From the NCBI GenBank assembly GCA_963817385.1, contig CAWFOM010000031.1, positions 96,001 through 160,000 on the forward strand: a stretch of 64,000 bases of DNA, given 5' to 3'. Of this stretch, positions 40,979 to 52,119 are shown one piece after another. The position numbers and the translations under genes are program-made. The stretch is from an uncultured delta proteobacterium. GTDB taxonomy: Bacteria; Desulfobacterota; Syntrophia; Syntrophales; UBA5619. Within the stretch, counting starts at the first letter, position 1; the number at the start of each line of letters is the position of its first letter. Below the pieces are notes generated by a model that did not search any database, had not been told where the DNA came from, and saw only the letters and a program-made list of their open reading frames with translations.

Positions 40979-41944
40979 CTATTTGACCTTGACCCCCTTC
41001 TCCGCGAAATACTTGATCGCGCCTGGGTGGTACGGGATTGGCGAGTGGCTGTTGGTCTGGTACTTGTAGTCGAAATTCAGCGATTCTTTGTGGACGGCGA
41101 CCATTTCGGTCTTCTTGTCGAAGATCGTCTTCACGATGGCGTATGCGACCTTTTCCGGCATCTTCTCGTGTGCAACGAGGATGTTCCATACGGTAACGAC
41201 GTTGTTGGGGGTGTCCTGCCCCGGATAGCTCTTCGGCGGAATCACATCCCTGACGTACAGAGGTCCGTATTTCCGATTCATCGCGTCCGCGACTTCCGCA
41301 TGGTCGATCATCTGGATCTTGACTCCCGGGGTTGCGCCAAGGTCGGTGACGGCGGCCGTCGGGATTCCCCCGACCCAGAAGAAGGCGTCGATCTTCCCGT
41401 CCTTGACGGCATTGACCGATTCGGCGACGCCGAGGCGTTCGCGCTTGAGATCCTTGTCCTTGTCGAGACCGGCCGCTTCAATCACGCGGAATGCCATGAT
41501 CTCGGTTGCGCTGCCGGGCGATCCGGTCGACACGCGCTTGCCCTTGAGATCGGACATTTTCTTGATCTTGGTGCTCTCGATCGTCACCACGTGCATGCGG
41601 TTCGGATAGAGCACCATCAGCGTGCGAATCGGGATTTTCCCGTCCTTGAACTTATCCTGACCATTGAGCGCGTCGAGTGCGGCGTCTACCATCACAAGTC
41701 CGACCTCCGACTTGCCTCCGCCGATCAGTTTCAGGTTGTCGACCGAGCCGCCGGTCACCTCCGCCGTTGCCTGCATTCCGGGAATGCTCTTGGACAGGAT
41801 GTTGGCCATGCCGCCTCCCAACGGGTAGTAAACGCCGCCGGTGCCGCCGGTGCCGATTGAGATATTAATCTTCTCCTGCGCCGGAGCGGTGGCCGCAAAC
41901 AGCGCAAACACCAGTACCGCTATGCTTCCGATAACGCGCTTCAT
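40979..41944 (-). CDS. TAXI-family TRAP solute-binding protein
   Basis: Signal peptide, GTGGTGGVYYPLG, TGGSVDNL, PYHPGAIKYF. Confidence 0.93.
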   Translation of the reverse strand: MKRVIGSIAVLVFALFAATAPAQEKINISIGTGGTGGVYYPLGGGMANILSKSIPGMQATAEVTGGSVDNLKLIGGGKSEVGLVMVDAALDALNGQDKFKDGKIPIRTLMVLYPNRMHVVTIESTKIKKMSDLKGKRVSTGSPGSATEIMAFRVIEAAGLDKDKDLKRERLGVAESVNAVKDGKIDAFFWVGGIPTAAVTDLGATPGVKIQMIDHAEVADAMNRKYGPLYVRDVIPPKSYPGQDTPNNVVTVWNILVAHEKMPEKVAYAIVKTIFDKKTEMVAVHKESLNFDYKYQTNSHSPIPYHPGAIKYFAEKGVKVK

Positions 41945-42130
41945 GTTTCCCTCCTTGTTGACGTGCATTTGTCCGTCTGGAACCCGCCGCCTGCTATGAT
42001 ACCGTTTCTCCTGATAATACATTGCTGTACGCGGGGTACGATACGGAGAACGGCCGTATATGTCAACATTTTTTTCCCACGATTGCGCCGACGGTGAACG
42101 GGGCGTTTCCCGAAGGAAAAGCTCACCATG

Positions 42131-42246
42131 GAATCCGTCCATGAGCGCATTCCCTGCGGCTTGCCGCGGGGTAAGCGAGCATAAACAAAATGGTTAGTTC
42201 CTCTTCAGGATCGAAAACTCCCCGCAGCTTGCTGCGGAGAGCTTCA
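42131..42246. repeat. 116-bp dispersed double-hairpin repeat, copy 2
   Basis: Ungapped match to 14194-14309. Confidence 0.85.
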
Positions 42247-42286
42247 ATCGCTTTCCACATCGCTCTGCGCATCTGCGGCTGCACGG

Positions 42287-43873
42287 CTAACGGACCTTTT
42301 TCTCCGCTTCCGGCCAGTATCGGTCCCGCAGTTTCTTCTTCTCGATCTTCCCTGAACCGGTCTTGGGCAGTGCAGGAATAAAATCTATTGATTTCGGTGA
42401 CTTATATCTCGCTATCCGCTCTTTGCAGAAGGCGATCAGTTCCTCCTCCGTTGCCCCGCACGCCGGTTTCAGGACCACGATCCCCTTGACCGCTTCCCCC
42501 CATTTCTCGTCGGGAACCCCGACGACGGCGCACTCCAGGACGGCCGGGTGGAGGTAGAGGACATTTTCCACCTCGGTGGAGTAGACATTTTCCCCGCCGG
42601 TCACGATCATATCCTTCCGCCTATCCACGATCGTCACGTACCTCTCTTCATCCATGACCGCCATGTCACCCGTGTAGAGCCAGCCGTTTCTTATCGCCCG
42701 CGCCGTCTCCTCCGGCAGTTGCCAGTACCCGGGCGTCACGGTATCGCCCCGGACGATGATCTCCCCGACCTCCTTTTCATCCCTCCTGATCTCCCGGCCG
42801 TCGTCAGCCACCACCTTCAGCTCCACGGCAATGAACTCCCGGCCCGTCTTGGACTTGAAGCGCAGTTGTTCCTCGGGGGATCTCTGCAGCAGATGCTCCT
42901 TCAGGAGGGAAAGGGTCAGGTAGGGGCTGGTCTCGGTCATCCCGTAGGTCTGTATGTAGTCGCATCCGAACGTCTCCACGATCCGGCGGACCACCTCCGG
43001 GGCGATGGGCGCACCGCCGCTCAAGAGCACCCGCAGGGAACGGTAATCGAAGTCCTTGACCCCGGGATGATTCACCAGCATGTTGAGCATGGTGGGAATC
43101 ATGTTGGTAAGCGTGACTTTCTCCTTCTCCATGGCGGCCAGGACCGCCGGCGGATCGAACTCGCCGGCCAGCACGTGCGTGCCGCCGACCCAGGTGACGG
43201 CCCAGGTCGCCCAGGCATCCGCCAGGTGGAACAGGGGCGCGGCGTGGAGCCAGACGTCCCGGTCGGTGAGGTGCAACTCCGCGATTGTTCCCAGGGCGTG
43301 GACCGCGACGTTCTTGTGCGTCAGCATCACCCCTTTGGGGCGGCCGGTGGTGCCGCTGGTATAGTAGATCTGTGCGATGTCTTCCTCCGCGACGTCGGCG
43401 TCGGGAATCTGTGCCGGCGGCGTCCCCGCCATGATTTCTTCATAGCGCAGGTCCCGATCCCCATCCGGCCGTTTGCCTGGTTTATCGCCGGTCCAGACGA
43501 TCTTTTCCACGGCCGGAAGATCGGCGCGCATCCGGTCGACCGTTTCCCGGAAACGGGGATCGGCGATCAGAACCCTGGCGCCGGCGTCGTTCATGATCAG
43601 GGCGAGCTCACCGGCGGAGAGGCGGTAATTGAGGGGAACAGCCGCCGCTCCCCTCAGGGCGATGGCGTAATACGCCTCCAAAAAGTAATGACAATTCGGG
43701 TGCAGGATGGCGACCCGGTCGCCCTTTTCAATGCCCGCATTCTGCAGGTACCGGGAGAAGCGGCTCAGGCGTCCGGTGAATTCCTCATAGGTCCACCGCC
43801 TGCCGCCGCAGACGATAGCCTCCTTGCGGGGGAAGAACTGGTGAGCTTTTCTCAGGGTGTCGGCCAGAAGCAT
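42287..43873 (-). CDS. Acyl-CoA synthetase (AMP-forming, long-chain/aryl type)
   Basis: YTSGTTGRPKG, YGMTET, TGD, LPKTGSGK. Confidence 0.93.
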   Translation of the reverse strand: MLLADTLRKAHQFFPRKEAIVCGGRRWTYEEFTGRLSRFSRYLQNAGIEKGDRVAILHPNCHYFLEAYYAIALRGAAAVPLNYRLSAGELALIMNDAGARVLIADPRFRETVDRMRADLPAVEKIVWTGDKPGKRPDGDRDLRYEEIMAGTPPAQIPDADVAEEDIAQIYYTSGTTGRPKGVMLTHKNVAVHALGTIAELHLTDRDVWLHAAPLFHLADAWATWAVTWVGGTHVLAGEFDPPAVLAAMEKEKVTLTNMIPTMLNMLVNHPGVKDFDYRSLRVLLSGGAPIAPEVVRRIVETFGCDYIQTYGMTETSPYLTLSLLKEHLLQRSPEEQLRFKSKTGREFIAVELKVVADDGREIRRDEKEVGEIIVRGDTVTPGYWQLPEETARAIRNGWLYTGDMAVMDEERYVTIVDRRKDMIVTGGENVYSTEVENVLYLHPAVLECAVVGVPDEKWGEAVKGIVVLKPACGATEEELIAFCKERIARYKSPKSIDFIPALPKTGSGKIEKKKLRDRYWPEAEKKVR

Positions 43874-44520
43874 CTCGTTACCTCACAATGGGGGGTGGAA
43901 ATCCGGTCTCTCCGGGCAGTACGGCGACCGTGCAATCCGCTATCCGCCTACGTTACCGCACGGGCGCCCACACCGGGAACTTCTTGGTCGCCACCATACC
44001 ATAATCGGGGGGGGAGATGCCTGAAAATCTTGCATCGCCCCCCGGCTACCTCTTGTCAGGCCACGCATACCTTCCTTCCCATCCGGCAATCCCCGATGAA
44101 ACCCATACATTCCCCGCTGCGGCCTACCTTGCCAACGCACAGCCCGGCGACTTGATCCTGGTCAAATCACGCGGGCCCAGAGGCAGCCTATGGGCCGTCG
44201 TTTTAATCGGATCCCGAAAGTCCTTCAGCGCGGCCCGGGAAAAAAGATGTTGACTTTCCCCCGAGACAATGGATATAGGCTGAACCAATCCATTTTTTTC
44301 AATCTGTTTTGACCGACGGGCTTCTCATAAAGTCTGTTTTTGTTTCTGTATTATTATATTTCTGCACAATCGGTCATCCAGTCAGTGAAAGTTTTTGCGA
44401 GCTCCCACCGGAGTGTTACATCGTCCCCGGTGGAGTTTTGGCTTGTGAAACCGTTTTCAAGGGCATCGTTCTTTGTTACCCCCGATTAGGACACTCTGAC
44501 GAATGAAGGAGGGATGAATT

Positions 44521-45708
44521 ATGGGAAAGAAGATTTGGGTGCTGTTGCTTGTCGCTTTATGGATGCCTGCCCTGAGCCAGGCCGCCTCCGTCGCCGGCGT
44601 CACCGATACGGAGGTGACCATCGGGATCACCAACCCCCTCTCCGGCCCGGCGGCGCTCTGGGGGACAACCGGCGTGGCGGCCAAGGCCTGGGCCGACTAC
44701 ATCAACGACAAGGGCGGGATTCACGGCCGCAAGATCAATGTCATCCTTCGGGATGACGGTTACAATCCATCCCGCGCCCTTGCCAACCTTACGGAAATGA
44801 AGGGCAACGTATTTGCCGTCGCGGCCCTCCTGGGGACGGCGATTGTCAACACCACGAAGGATTTTTTCGCCGAAAACAAGGTTCCCCTGATTACGGCCTA
44901 CGGCGATGTCCGGATCTTTGAAAAGTATCCGAAGGACAAACTGCGCTGGGTTTTCGTCTCCTACCCGGACTACCTGGACGAGGCGGAATACTTGACCGAT
45001 TACGCCATTAAAAACCTGGGCGCCAAGAAGATCTCCTTATTCTATCAGAATGATGATTATGGGAAAATGGGTGTCGAAGGGGCGAAACTGGCCCTTTCCA
45101 AACTGCCCGGCCGCGCCTCCCTGGGCGTAACCATTCCCTACGATGTGACCGAAAGGGCCCTGGCGACCCACGCCCAGAAATTGAAAGAGGGGGGGGCCGA
45201 CATCCTATTGCTTTATGCCACCCCCACCCACGGCCCCCTTATTCTCAAAGAGATGGCCAAGCTGGATTACCGGCCCAAGGTGCTCACTTCGTTCCCCCTC
45301 GGGGATCCTATCATGTACAAAATCGCCGGCGCCGATGTCTGGGAGGGGGTCTACCCCGCCGCCCCGGCTAATTCCGGTCTCCCCGGCGACCCGGCAGCGG
45401 ATAAAGTGGTCGAGATCCTCAAGAAGTATGACCCCAAGATTGTCGGCAAGGAGTACCTGGCCCTCTTCGGCGCCGTTTCTATGATGTATGTCGTTGAGGG
45501 GCTGAAGAACGCCGGCCGGAACCTCACGCCGGAAACGATGATCAAAGGGATGGAGATGATCAAGAACTGGAAGCCCGAGGGGCTCGGGGCGCCCGTCACC
45601 TTTGGCCCTGACCGGAGGCACGGGGTGAACGGCTCCCGGCTTACCCACGCGGAAAATGGAAAACATGTCCCCATAAGCGATTATGTCATCTACAAGCCGC
45701 TCTTCTAA
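44521..45708 (+). CDS. Liv-type ABC substrate-binding protein
   Basis: Signal peptide, GVTDTEVTIG, PLSGPAA, GGIHGRKI...DDGYNP. Confidence 0.9.
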   Translation: MGKKIWVLLLVALWMPALSQAASVAGVTDTEVTIGITNPLSGPAALWGTTGVAAKAWADYINDKGGIHGRKINVILRDDGYNPSRALANLTEMKGNVFAVAALLGTAIVNTTKDFFAENKVPLITAYGDVRIFEKYPKDKLRWVFVSYPDYLDEAEYLTDYAIKNLGAKKISLFYQNDDYGKMGVEGAKLALSKLPGRASLGVTIPYDVTERALATHAQKLKEGGADILLLYATPTHGPLILKEMAKLDYRPKVLTSFPLGDPIMYKIAGADVWEGVYPAAPANSGLPGDPAADKVVEILKKYDPKIVGKEYLALFGAVSMMYVVEGLKNAGRNLTPETMIKGMEMIKNWKPEGLGAPVTFGPDRRHGVNGSRLTHAENGKHVPISDYVIYKPLF

Positions 45709-45712
45709 GCTT

Positions 45713-46465
45713 ATGGGCCTGCTGGAAATAAAAAACCTCTCCATCGATTTTGGCGGAATACGGGCCTTGGCCGGCATCGATCTTGCCGTCCGCGACAACG
45801 AGATCCTCTCGATCATCGGCCCGAATGGTTCCGGCAAGACCACCCTGTTCAACTGTCTCACGGGAATATACCACCCCGACCAGGGCGACATTGTCTACCG
45901 GGGGGAGAGCCTCCTCAGGCTCTCCCCCGACGCCATCGCGATCCGCGGCATCGCCCGGACTTTCCAGAATCTCCGTCTCTTCATGAACATGAACGTGCTG
46001 GATAACCTCATGCTGGGGCGTCACGTCCACATGAAGAAGAACATCTTTGCCGCCTTTCTCAGGCTCCGCGGGGAGGAGCTTCGCCACCGGGAACGGGTGG
46101 AGGAGATTATCGATTTTCTGGATTTACAGGCTTACCGCAAGTCGCGGGTCGCCGATTGCCCCTACGGCGTCCAGAAAAGGATTGAACTGGGAAGGGCTCT
46201 GGCCCTGGAGCCCAAGCTCCTGCTGTTGGATGAACCCATCTCGGGATTAACCTCCGAGGAAAAGGAAGAGGCGGCGTACCGGATCACGGAGATCCGGGGC
46301 CGCTTCAAGATCACCATCATCCTGGTGGAACACGACCTGAAGATCGCCTCCCGTCTGGCCGATTCGATGGCGGCCTTCAACTACGGCCAGAAGATCGCCC
46401 AGGGAACGCCGGAGGAGGTCCAGCGCAATCCGGAAGTTATCCGCGCCTACGTGGGAGAAGAATGA
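45713..46465 (+). CDS. ABC ATP-binding protein (LivG-like)
   Basis: GPNGSGKTT, RTFQN, LLLDEP. Confidence 0.92.
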   Translation: MGLLEIKNLSIDFGGIRALAGIDLAVRDNEILSIIGPNGSGKTTLFNCLTGIYHPDQGDIVYRGESLLRLSPDAIAIRGIARTFQNLRLFMNMNVLDNLMLGRHVHMKKNIFAAFLRLRGEELRHRERVEEIIDFLDLQAYRKSRVADCPYGVQKRIELGRALALEPKLLLLDEPISGLTSEEKEEAAYRITEIRGRFKITIILVEHDLKIASRLADSMAAFNYGQKIAQGTPEEVQRNPEVIRAYVGEE

Positions 46466-47238
46466 CATCATTTCTGAAGATCGCCAATATTGAAACACTC
46501 TACTTTGATCGCATCTACGCCCTTCATGGACTCTCTCTGGAAATAAAGGAAGGGGAAATATTCGCCATCCTGGGCCCCAACGGGGCAGGGAAGACCACCC
46601 TGCTGAGAACCATTGCCGGACTCCTGAAGGATCAGCCGAAAAAAGGGACGATCGAGTTCAACGGTCGCCACATCCAGCGCCTTTCGCCGGAGAAGATCTC
46701 TTCTTTGGGTATCGTTTATGTGCCGGAGGATCGGGGCCTTTTCCGGGAACTGACGGTGAGGGAAAACCTGGAACTGGGCTGCTGGGGCAGAAGCGATCGA
46801 GGGATTGAAGCGGACATGAACTATGTCCTGGATCTCTTTCCCATCCTGAAAGAGAGGCGGAACCAGCAGGCCGAGACCCTCTCGGGGGGCGAGCAGCAGA
46901 TGCTGGCCATTTCCCGGGCCTTCCTTCGCAAGCCGAAGCTCCTCATGCTGGACGAACCTTCCCTGGGGCTCGCCCCGCTGATTGCCCGCAACGTCTGTGA
47001 CGCCCTGGTCAAGATCAGCAGGCTGGGAACGACGATCCTGCTGGTGGAGCAAAATGCGAAGCTGGCGCTCCGGATTGCCCATTACGGCTACATCCTGGAG
47101 GCCGGGCGGATCGTCTTGAAGGGAACCTCGCAGGAATTGATGGAAAATCCCGATGTGCAGGAACTTTACCTCGGCCTGGGGGGAGAGACCGCATCTCCCA
47201 AAGGCTGGCGACTGTACAAGAAACGAAGGAGCTGGTAA
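46462..47238 (+). CDS. ABC ATP-binding protein (LivF-like)
   Basis: GPNGAGKTT, LSGGEQQML, LDEPSLGLAP. Confidence 0.92.
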   Translation: MTSFLKIANIETLYFDRIYALHGLSLEIKEGEIFAILGPNGAGKTTLLRTIAGLLKDQPKKGTIEFNGRHIQRLSPEKISSLGIVYVPEDRGLFRELTVRENLELGCWGRSDRGIEADMNYVLDLFPILKERRNQQAETLSGGEQQMLAISRAFLRKPKLLMLDEPSLGLAPLIARNVCDALVKISRLGTTILLVEQNAKLALRIAHYGYILEAGRIVLKGTSQELMENPDVQELYLGLGGETASPKGWRLYKKRRSW

Positions 47239-49040
47239 TGCGAGCGGTAAACTTCCCCACGCTTTTCTTTGAGCAGGCGGAGCGCCACAAGGATCGCGTC
47301 GCCTTGCGGCATAAGGATTTCGGCATCTGGCACCGCATCTCCTGGCGGGAATATGCCGCTGGGGTTCGCGAGGTGGCGGCAGGCCTGATATCCTTGGGCG
47401 TCGGCCACGGCGACCGCGTCGCCATCCTGGGAGAGAACCGTCCTGAATGGCTGATCTGCGACCTGGCGGTGATGACCATCGGCGGTGTGACCTGCGGCAT
47501 CTACACTACCTCGGCGCCGGAAGAGGTGGCCTATATCGTGGGCCATTCCGAGTCGAAGGTCATCTTCATCGAAAACGAGGAGCAGGTCGACAAGATCCTC
47601 CAGATCCTGCCGGAAGTAAACCTAAGGAAGGTCATCGTCTGGGACAATAAGGGTCTGTGGGGATTTTCGCAGGAGAAGATCGCCTTTTATGAGGACTTTC
47701 TTAAAGATTCCAGGGAGTACCTGAAGAATAACCCGCGCTGTGTGGAAGAACGGCTTGGCTCGGTCCGGTCGGATGACACGGCGATGATCATCTATACCTC
47801 CGGCACCACCGGCCGTCCCAAAGGGGCCATGATCTCTCACCGCAATATCATCATGCTGACGGAATCCTTTGTGCAGGCAAACCCGTCCTACGAAACGGAC
47901 GAGGTGGTCTCCTATCTGCCGCTGTCCCATATCTATGAAAACCTGATCTCCCTTTTCCAGTCCATCTGGTCAGGGGGCAAGGTTAACTTCGTGGAAGGAC
48001 CGGACACGTTGCCCCAGAACCTCCGGGAGGTTTCCCCCACCATCTTTGCCAGCGTACCCCGGTTGTGGGAGAAGTTCGCCTCCGCGATTGAAATCCGCAT
48101 GTCCGACGCCCCTCCGGTCAAGAGGGCTCTCTACCGTCTCAGCATCCGGGTGGGGGTAACGTATATCAGGACGAAAGAAAAAACCCGAGCGCGCCTCTTG
48201 TGGGGGCTCCTTTACTGGCCCTGCTATTTCGCCGTTCTTTACCACCTGAAGAGGCAGATGGGGTTCGAACGGATCCGCTGGGCCATATGCGGCGCCGCCC
48301 CGGCCGCCCCGGAATTGTTCGAGTTTTACAATGCGCTGGGGGTCCCGCTGCGGGAGGGTTACGGCCAGACCGAATCGACCGGCGTCATCGCAGTACAACG
48401 CCTCGATCGCCCCCGCTGGGGATACGTGGGTGAACCGATCCCCAACGTGGAGGTAAAAATCGCGGAAGACGGGGAAATCCTGGCGCGCGGCCCGGGCGTG
48501 TTTCAAGGTTACTTCAAGGAGCCGGAGTTGACCGCGGAGACCATCCGGGACGGATGGCTCTACACGGGTGATGTGGGGGCCATGGAAGATGGATTCCTCA
48601 AGATCCTGGACCGGAAGAAGGATATCATCATCACCGCCGGAGGAAAGAATATTACCCCCGCCTTCATCGAGAACAAACTGAAGTTCAGCCCCTATGTCCA
48701 GGATGCCGTGGTGATCGGTGAGCGGAGAAAATACCTGGTGGCCCTGATCCTGATCGATGAAGACAATGTCACCAAGTATGCCCAGGATCACCGGATACCC
48801 TTTACCACGTTTGAGGATTTGACAACCAGGGCAGAGATAAAAAAGCTGATCGATCAGGAGGTCTTCAAGGTCAACAAAACGTTGGCGCAGGTGGAGACGA
48901 TCAAGAAGGTGGCCCTCCTTCCCAGGCGTTTTTATGAAGAGGACGGCGACGTCACCCCGACGAAGAAGGTCAAGCGACGTTTTGTGGAAAAACGTTATGC
49001 GGAGCTGATCGAATCCCTTTACAAAGAGCCAACAGATTAA
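47238..49040 (+). CDS. Long-chain acyl-CoA synthetase embedded in the ABC operon
   Basis: YTSGTTGRPKG, YLPLSH, EGYGQTE, TPTKKVKR. Confidence 0.92.
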   Translation: MRAVNFPTLFFEQAERHKDRVALRHKDFGIWHRISWREYAAGVREVAAGLISLGVGHGDRVAILGENRPEWLICDLAVMTIGGVTCGIYTTSAPEEVAYIVGHSESKVIFIENEEQVDKILQILPEVNLRKVIVWDNKGLWGFSQEKIAFYEDFLKDSREYLKNNPRCVEERLGSVRSDDTAMIIYTSGTTGRPKGAMISHRNIIMLTESFVQANPSYETDEVVSYLPLSHIYENLISLFQSIWSGGKVNFVEGPDTLPQNLREVSPTIFASVPRLWEKFASAIEIRMSDAPPVKRALYRLSIRVGVTYIRTKEKTRARLLWGLLYWPCYFAVLYHLKRQMGFERIRWAICGAAPAAPELFEFYNALGVPLREGYGQTESTGVIAVQRLDRPRWGYVGEPIPNVEVKIAEDGEILARGPGVFQGYFKEPELTAETIRDGWLYTGDVGAMEDGFLKILDRKKDIIITAGGKNITPAFIENKLKFSPYVQDAVVIGERRKYLVALILIDEDNVTKYAQDHRIPFTTFEDLTTRAEIKKLIDQEVFKVNKTLAQVETIKKVALLPRRFYEEDGDVTPTKKVKRRFVEKRYAELIESLYKEPTD

Positions 49041-49056
49041 CCGAGGTGTATGCTTC

Positions 49057-50038
49057 ATGGATCTTACTGAAAGTTACCGCGAGGAACTGCGCCTGATTCG
49101 GAAACCATGGACCGGCACGGGAATCGGCCTGATCGTCCTTGCGCTCCTGGTCATTCCCTGGTTGAAAATGGACTACCTGGTCTATATGGCGACTGTCGTT
49201 TTCATCTATGCCATCGGCGTCCAGGGTCAGAACATCCTCATCGGCTATACGGGGCAGATCTCCTTCGGGCAGGCGGGTTTCCTCGCCATCGGCGCCTATA
49301 CCTTCGGCCATGCCTCCGCCTTGGGCATTCCGCTGCCGCTGGGTCTGCTCGCAGCCGGCATGATGGCCGGCATCTTCGGACTGATCGTGGGATTCCCTTC
49401 GCTGCGGCTGAAGGGACCCTATCTGGCGATTGCCACCATGGGCTTCGGCATTGCCGTCTATCAGATATTGCTTAATTCCGAGGTTATTTCCGGCGGCCGA
49501 ATGGGACTTACGGTTAAAAAACTACCCGCCCTTTTCGGCCTGACCCAGCAGGTGACCTTCTACTACTTTACACTAGCTGCTGGCGCTGATTTTTACGCTG
49601 ATTTCCTACAACACGATCTCCTCTTATGCTGGACGGGCCTTCATCGCGATTCGAGACAACGACATCGCCGCCGAGGCCATGGGGGTAAACCTGGCCCGTT
49701 ACAAACTCCTTTCCTTCGGCATGAGTTCCTTTTACATGGGTCTGCAGGGGGCGCTTTACGCCCTGCTGATCGGCTTTCTGGAGCCGAATCTCTTCACCTT
49801 CATGGAGTCGGTCACCATCTTTGTGGCGGTTATCATCGGAGGGCTGGCCTCCATCGGGGGCTCCATCATGGGGGCCGCCTTTGTCATCCTGGTGCCGCAG
49901 GTGTTCGGGGGGATGAAAGAACTGGTCCCGGTCATCTTCGGGGTCACCATCCTGGTGATCCTGATCTTTGAACCCCACGGCATTGCCGGCCGCTGGCTGA
50001 AGATACGCCTTTATTTCCGCAACTGGCCCTTCCGCTGA
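49057..50038 (+). CDS. ABC permease (LivM-like), +1 frameshift near 49576
   Basis: GYTGQISFGQAGF, RLKGPYLAIAT; GRAFIAIRDNDIAAEAMG continues in the +1 frame. Confidence 0.88.
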
Positions 50039-50086
50039 CGGGAGAAGAAACAGCGCTTTGTCACTTATGAAAAAAGGGAGACAAGA

Positions 50087-50968
50087 ATGCGACAATTCAT
50101 GCAGTACGTTATTTCCGGGCTGGCCACGGGAAGCATCTATGCCCTGGTGGCCCTGGGGCTGGCCCTGATCTACCGCTCTACCCGGATACTCAACTTCGCC
50201 CATGGGGATATGGCCACGGCGGGCACCTTCGTCGCATTTACTCTCCTGGGGATGAATCTGGCGCCGATGATCTCCTTTCCGCTGGCGATCCTTTCCGGTT
50301 CTGCCCTGGCCATGCTCTTCTATTTCGCCATCCTGGTGCCGGCCCAAAGGAGGAATGCCACCCCCCTCGGCCAGATCATCCTCACCGTGGGGCTGGGCCT
50401 TATCCTCCAGGGGCTCATATCCTACCTCTGGGGAACCGATACGAAAATCCTGACCTTTCCGCTGTCGGACTCGAAGCTATGGAGATTCCAGGGGCTGGTG
50501 ATCAGTGAGTTAGGCCTCGGGACCTTTGTTATAGGATTATTGGGTAGCGGACTTCTTTACCTGCTGGTGCAGAAAACCCGCCTGGGCATTGCCATGCGGG
50601 CCGCCTCTGAAAACCTCCCGGCAGCCCAGACCTTGGGCATACCGACCCGCATGATCCTTTCCCTCTCTTGGGGATTGGCCGCCGGCCTGAGCGTCCTGGC
50701 GGGGCTGTTTCTGGCGCCGGCGCTGCTGCTCGACCCTTTTTTCATGCTGGAGCCGTTCCTGAAAGGCTTCTCCGCGGCGATCCTGGGCGGTTTGCAGAGC
50801 CTGCCCGGGGCGATCCTGGGCGGACTCATTCTGGGTATTGCGGAAAGCCTGGCCGGAGGGTATATCTCGATCGCCTTTAAAAATACCCTGGCTTTTCTGA
50901 TCATCATCGTGATTCTGCTTGTTCGGCACGAAGGCCTTCTGGGGAAGGAGTTCAAAGAGCGGGTATAA
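50087..50968 (+). CDS. ABC permease (LivH-like)
   Basis: GSIYALVALGL, NFAHG, LGIAMRA. Confidence 0.92.
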   Translation: MRQFMQYVISGLATGSIYALVALGLALIYRSTRILNFAHGDMATAGTFVAFTLLGMNLAPMISFPLAILSGSALAMLFYFAILVPAQRRNATPLGQIILTVGLGLILQGLISYLWGTDTKILTFPLSDSKLWRFQGLVISELGLGTFVIGLLGSGLLYLLVQKTRLGIAMRAASENLPAAQTLGIPTRMILSLSWGLAAGLSVLAGLFLAPALLLDPFFMLEPFLKGFSAAILGGLQSLPGAILGGLILGIAESLAGGYISIAFKNTLAFLIIIVILLVRHEGLLGKEFKERV

Positions 50969-50979
50969 AGAGTCGAAAC

Positions 50980-52119
50980 ATGTACGAAGAATATTTTACC
51001 GAGGAACATCAGATCTTCCGGGCCTCGGTCCGGAAATTCGTCGAAAAGGAGATCAGCCCCCACATCGACCGCTGGGAGGACGAGGAACTCTTTCCCGTGG
51101 AGCTCTATCGACGGTGCGCAACGGAGGGGTTCCTCGGCATCGGCTACCCCGAGGCCTACGGCGGCACCCCCTGCGACCGGTTCATGTCGATCGTCTATAC
51201 CGAGGAGATGATCCGTTCCGGTTCCGTCGGGCTGGTCGCCGGCCTCGGCAGCCTCAACATCGCCATGCCGCCGGTCCTCCACCTGGGGACGGAGGAGCAG
51301 AAGCGCCGTTTTCTCGTCCCGGTGCTGAAAGGAGAGAAGATCTCGGCGCTCGGGATCACCGAGCCGAACGCCGGATCCGACGTGGCTAACATCCGGACCA
51401 GGGCCCTCCGCGACGGGGACCACTACGTCGTCAACGGCGCCAAGACCTTCATCACCAGCGGCTGCCGGGCGAACTTCATCACCACGGCCGTCAGGACCGG
51501 CGAGGCGGGATACAAAGGGGTCAGCCTGCTGATGATCGACAGCGCAACCCCCGGTTTTTCCGTCGCGAAGAAGATCCGCAAGATGGGGTGGAACGCCTCG
51601 GACACGGCGGAGCTTTCCTTCGTCGACTGCCGGGTCCCCGCGGAGAATCTCCTCGGCGGCGAAGGCCAGGGGTTTTCCGGCATCATGGCCAATTTTCAGG
51701 ACGAACGGCTCGCCCTGGCCGTCATGGCCCACGCCGTGGCCGCCCTCGCCTTGGAGGAGTCGATCAAATACGCAAAAAGCCGGGAGGCCTTCGGGAGGCC
51801 CCTCTCCGGCTTCCAGGTGACCCGCCACAAGCTCGTCGATATGGCGACGCTCGTGGAGGTCGCTCGGGAGTTCAACTACCGGATCGCCGCCCGGATGGAG
51901 GCGGGAAAGGATGCCGTGAAGGAGGTCTCGATGGCGAAAAACTTCGCCTGCCAGACCTGCGACAAGGTGGTGTACGACGCCGTCCAACTCCACGGCGGCT
52001 ACGGCTATGCCCGGGAGTATCTCGTCGAGCGGCTCTACCGCGACTCGCGGATCCTGAGCATCGGCGGCGGCACGACGGAAATCATGAAGGAGATCATCAG
52101 CAAGGTTACGCAGCTCTGA
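50980..52119 (+). CDS. Acyl-CoA dehydrogenase
   Basis: ITEPNAGSD, NGAKTFITSG, SDTAEL, QLHGGYGY, GGTTEIMK. Confidence 0.95.
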   Translation: MYEEYFTEEHQIFRASVRKFVEKEISPHIDRWEDEELFPVELYRRCATEGFLGIGYPEAYGGTPCDRFMSIVYTEEMIRSGSVGLVAGLGSLNIAMPPVLHLGTEEQKRRFLVPVLKGEKISALGITEPNAGSDVANIRTRALRDGDHYVVNGAKTFITSGCRANFITTAVRTGEAGYKGVSLLMIDSATPGFSVAKKIRKMGWNASDTAELSFVDCRVPAENLLGGEGQGFSGIMANFQDERLALAVMAHAVAALALEESIKYAKSREAFGRPLSGFQVTRHKLVDMATLVEVAREFNYRIAARMEAGKDAVKEVSMAKNFACQTCDKVVYDAVQLHGGYGYAREYLVERLYRDSRILSIGGGTTEIMKEIISKVTQL

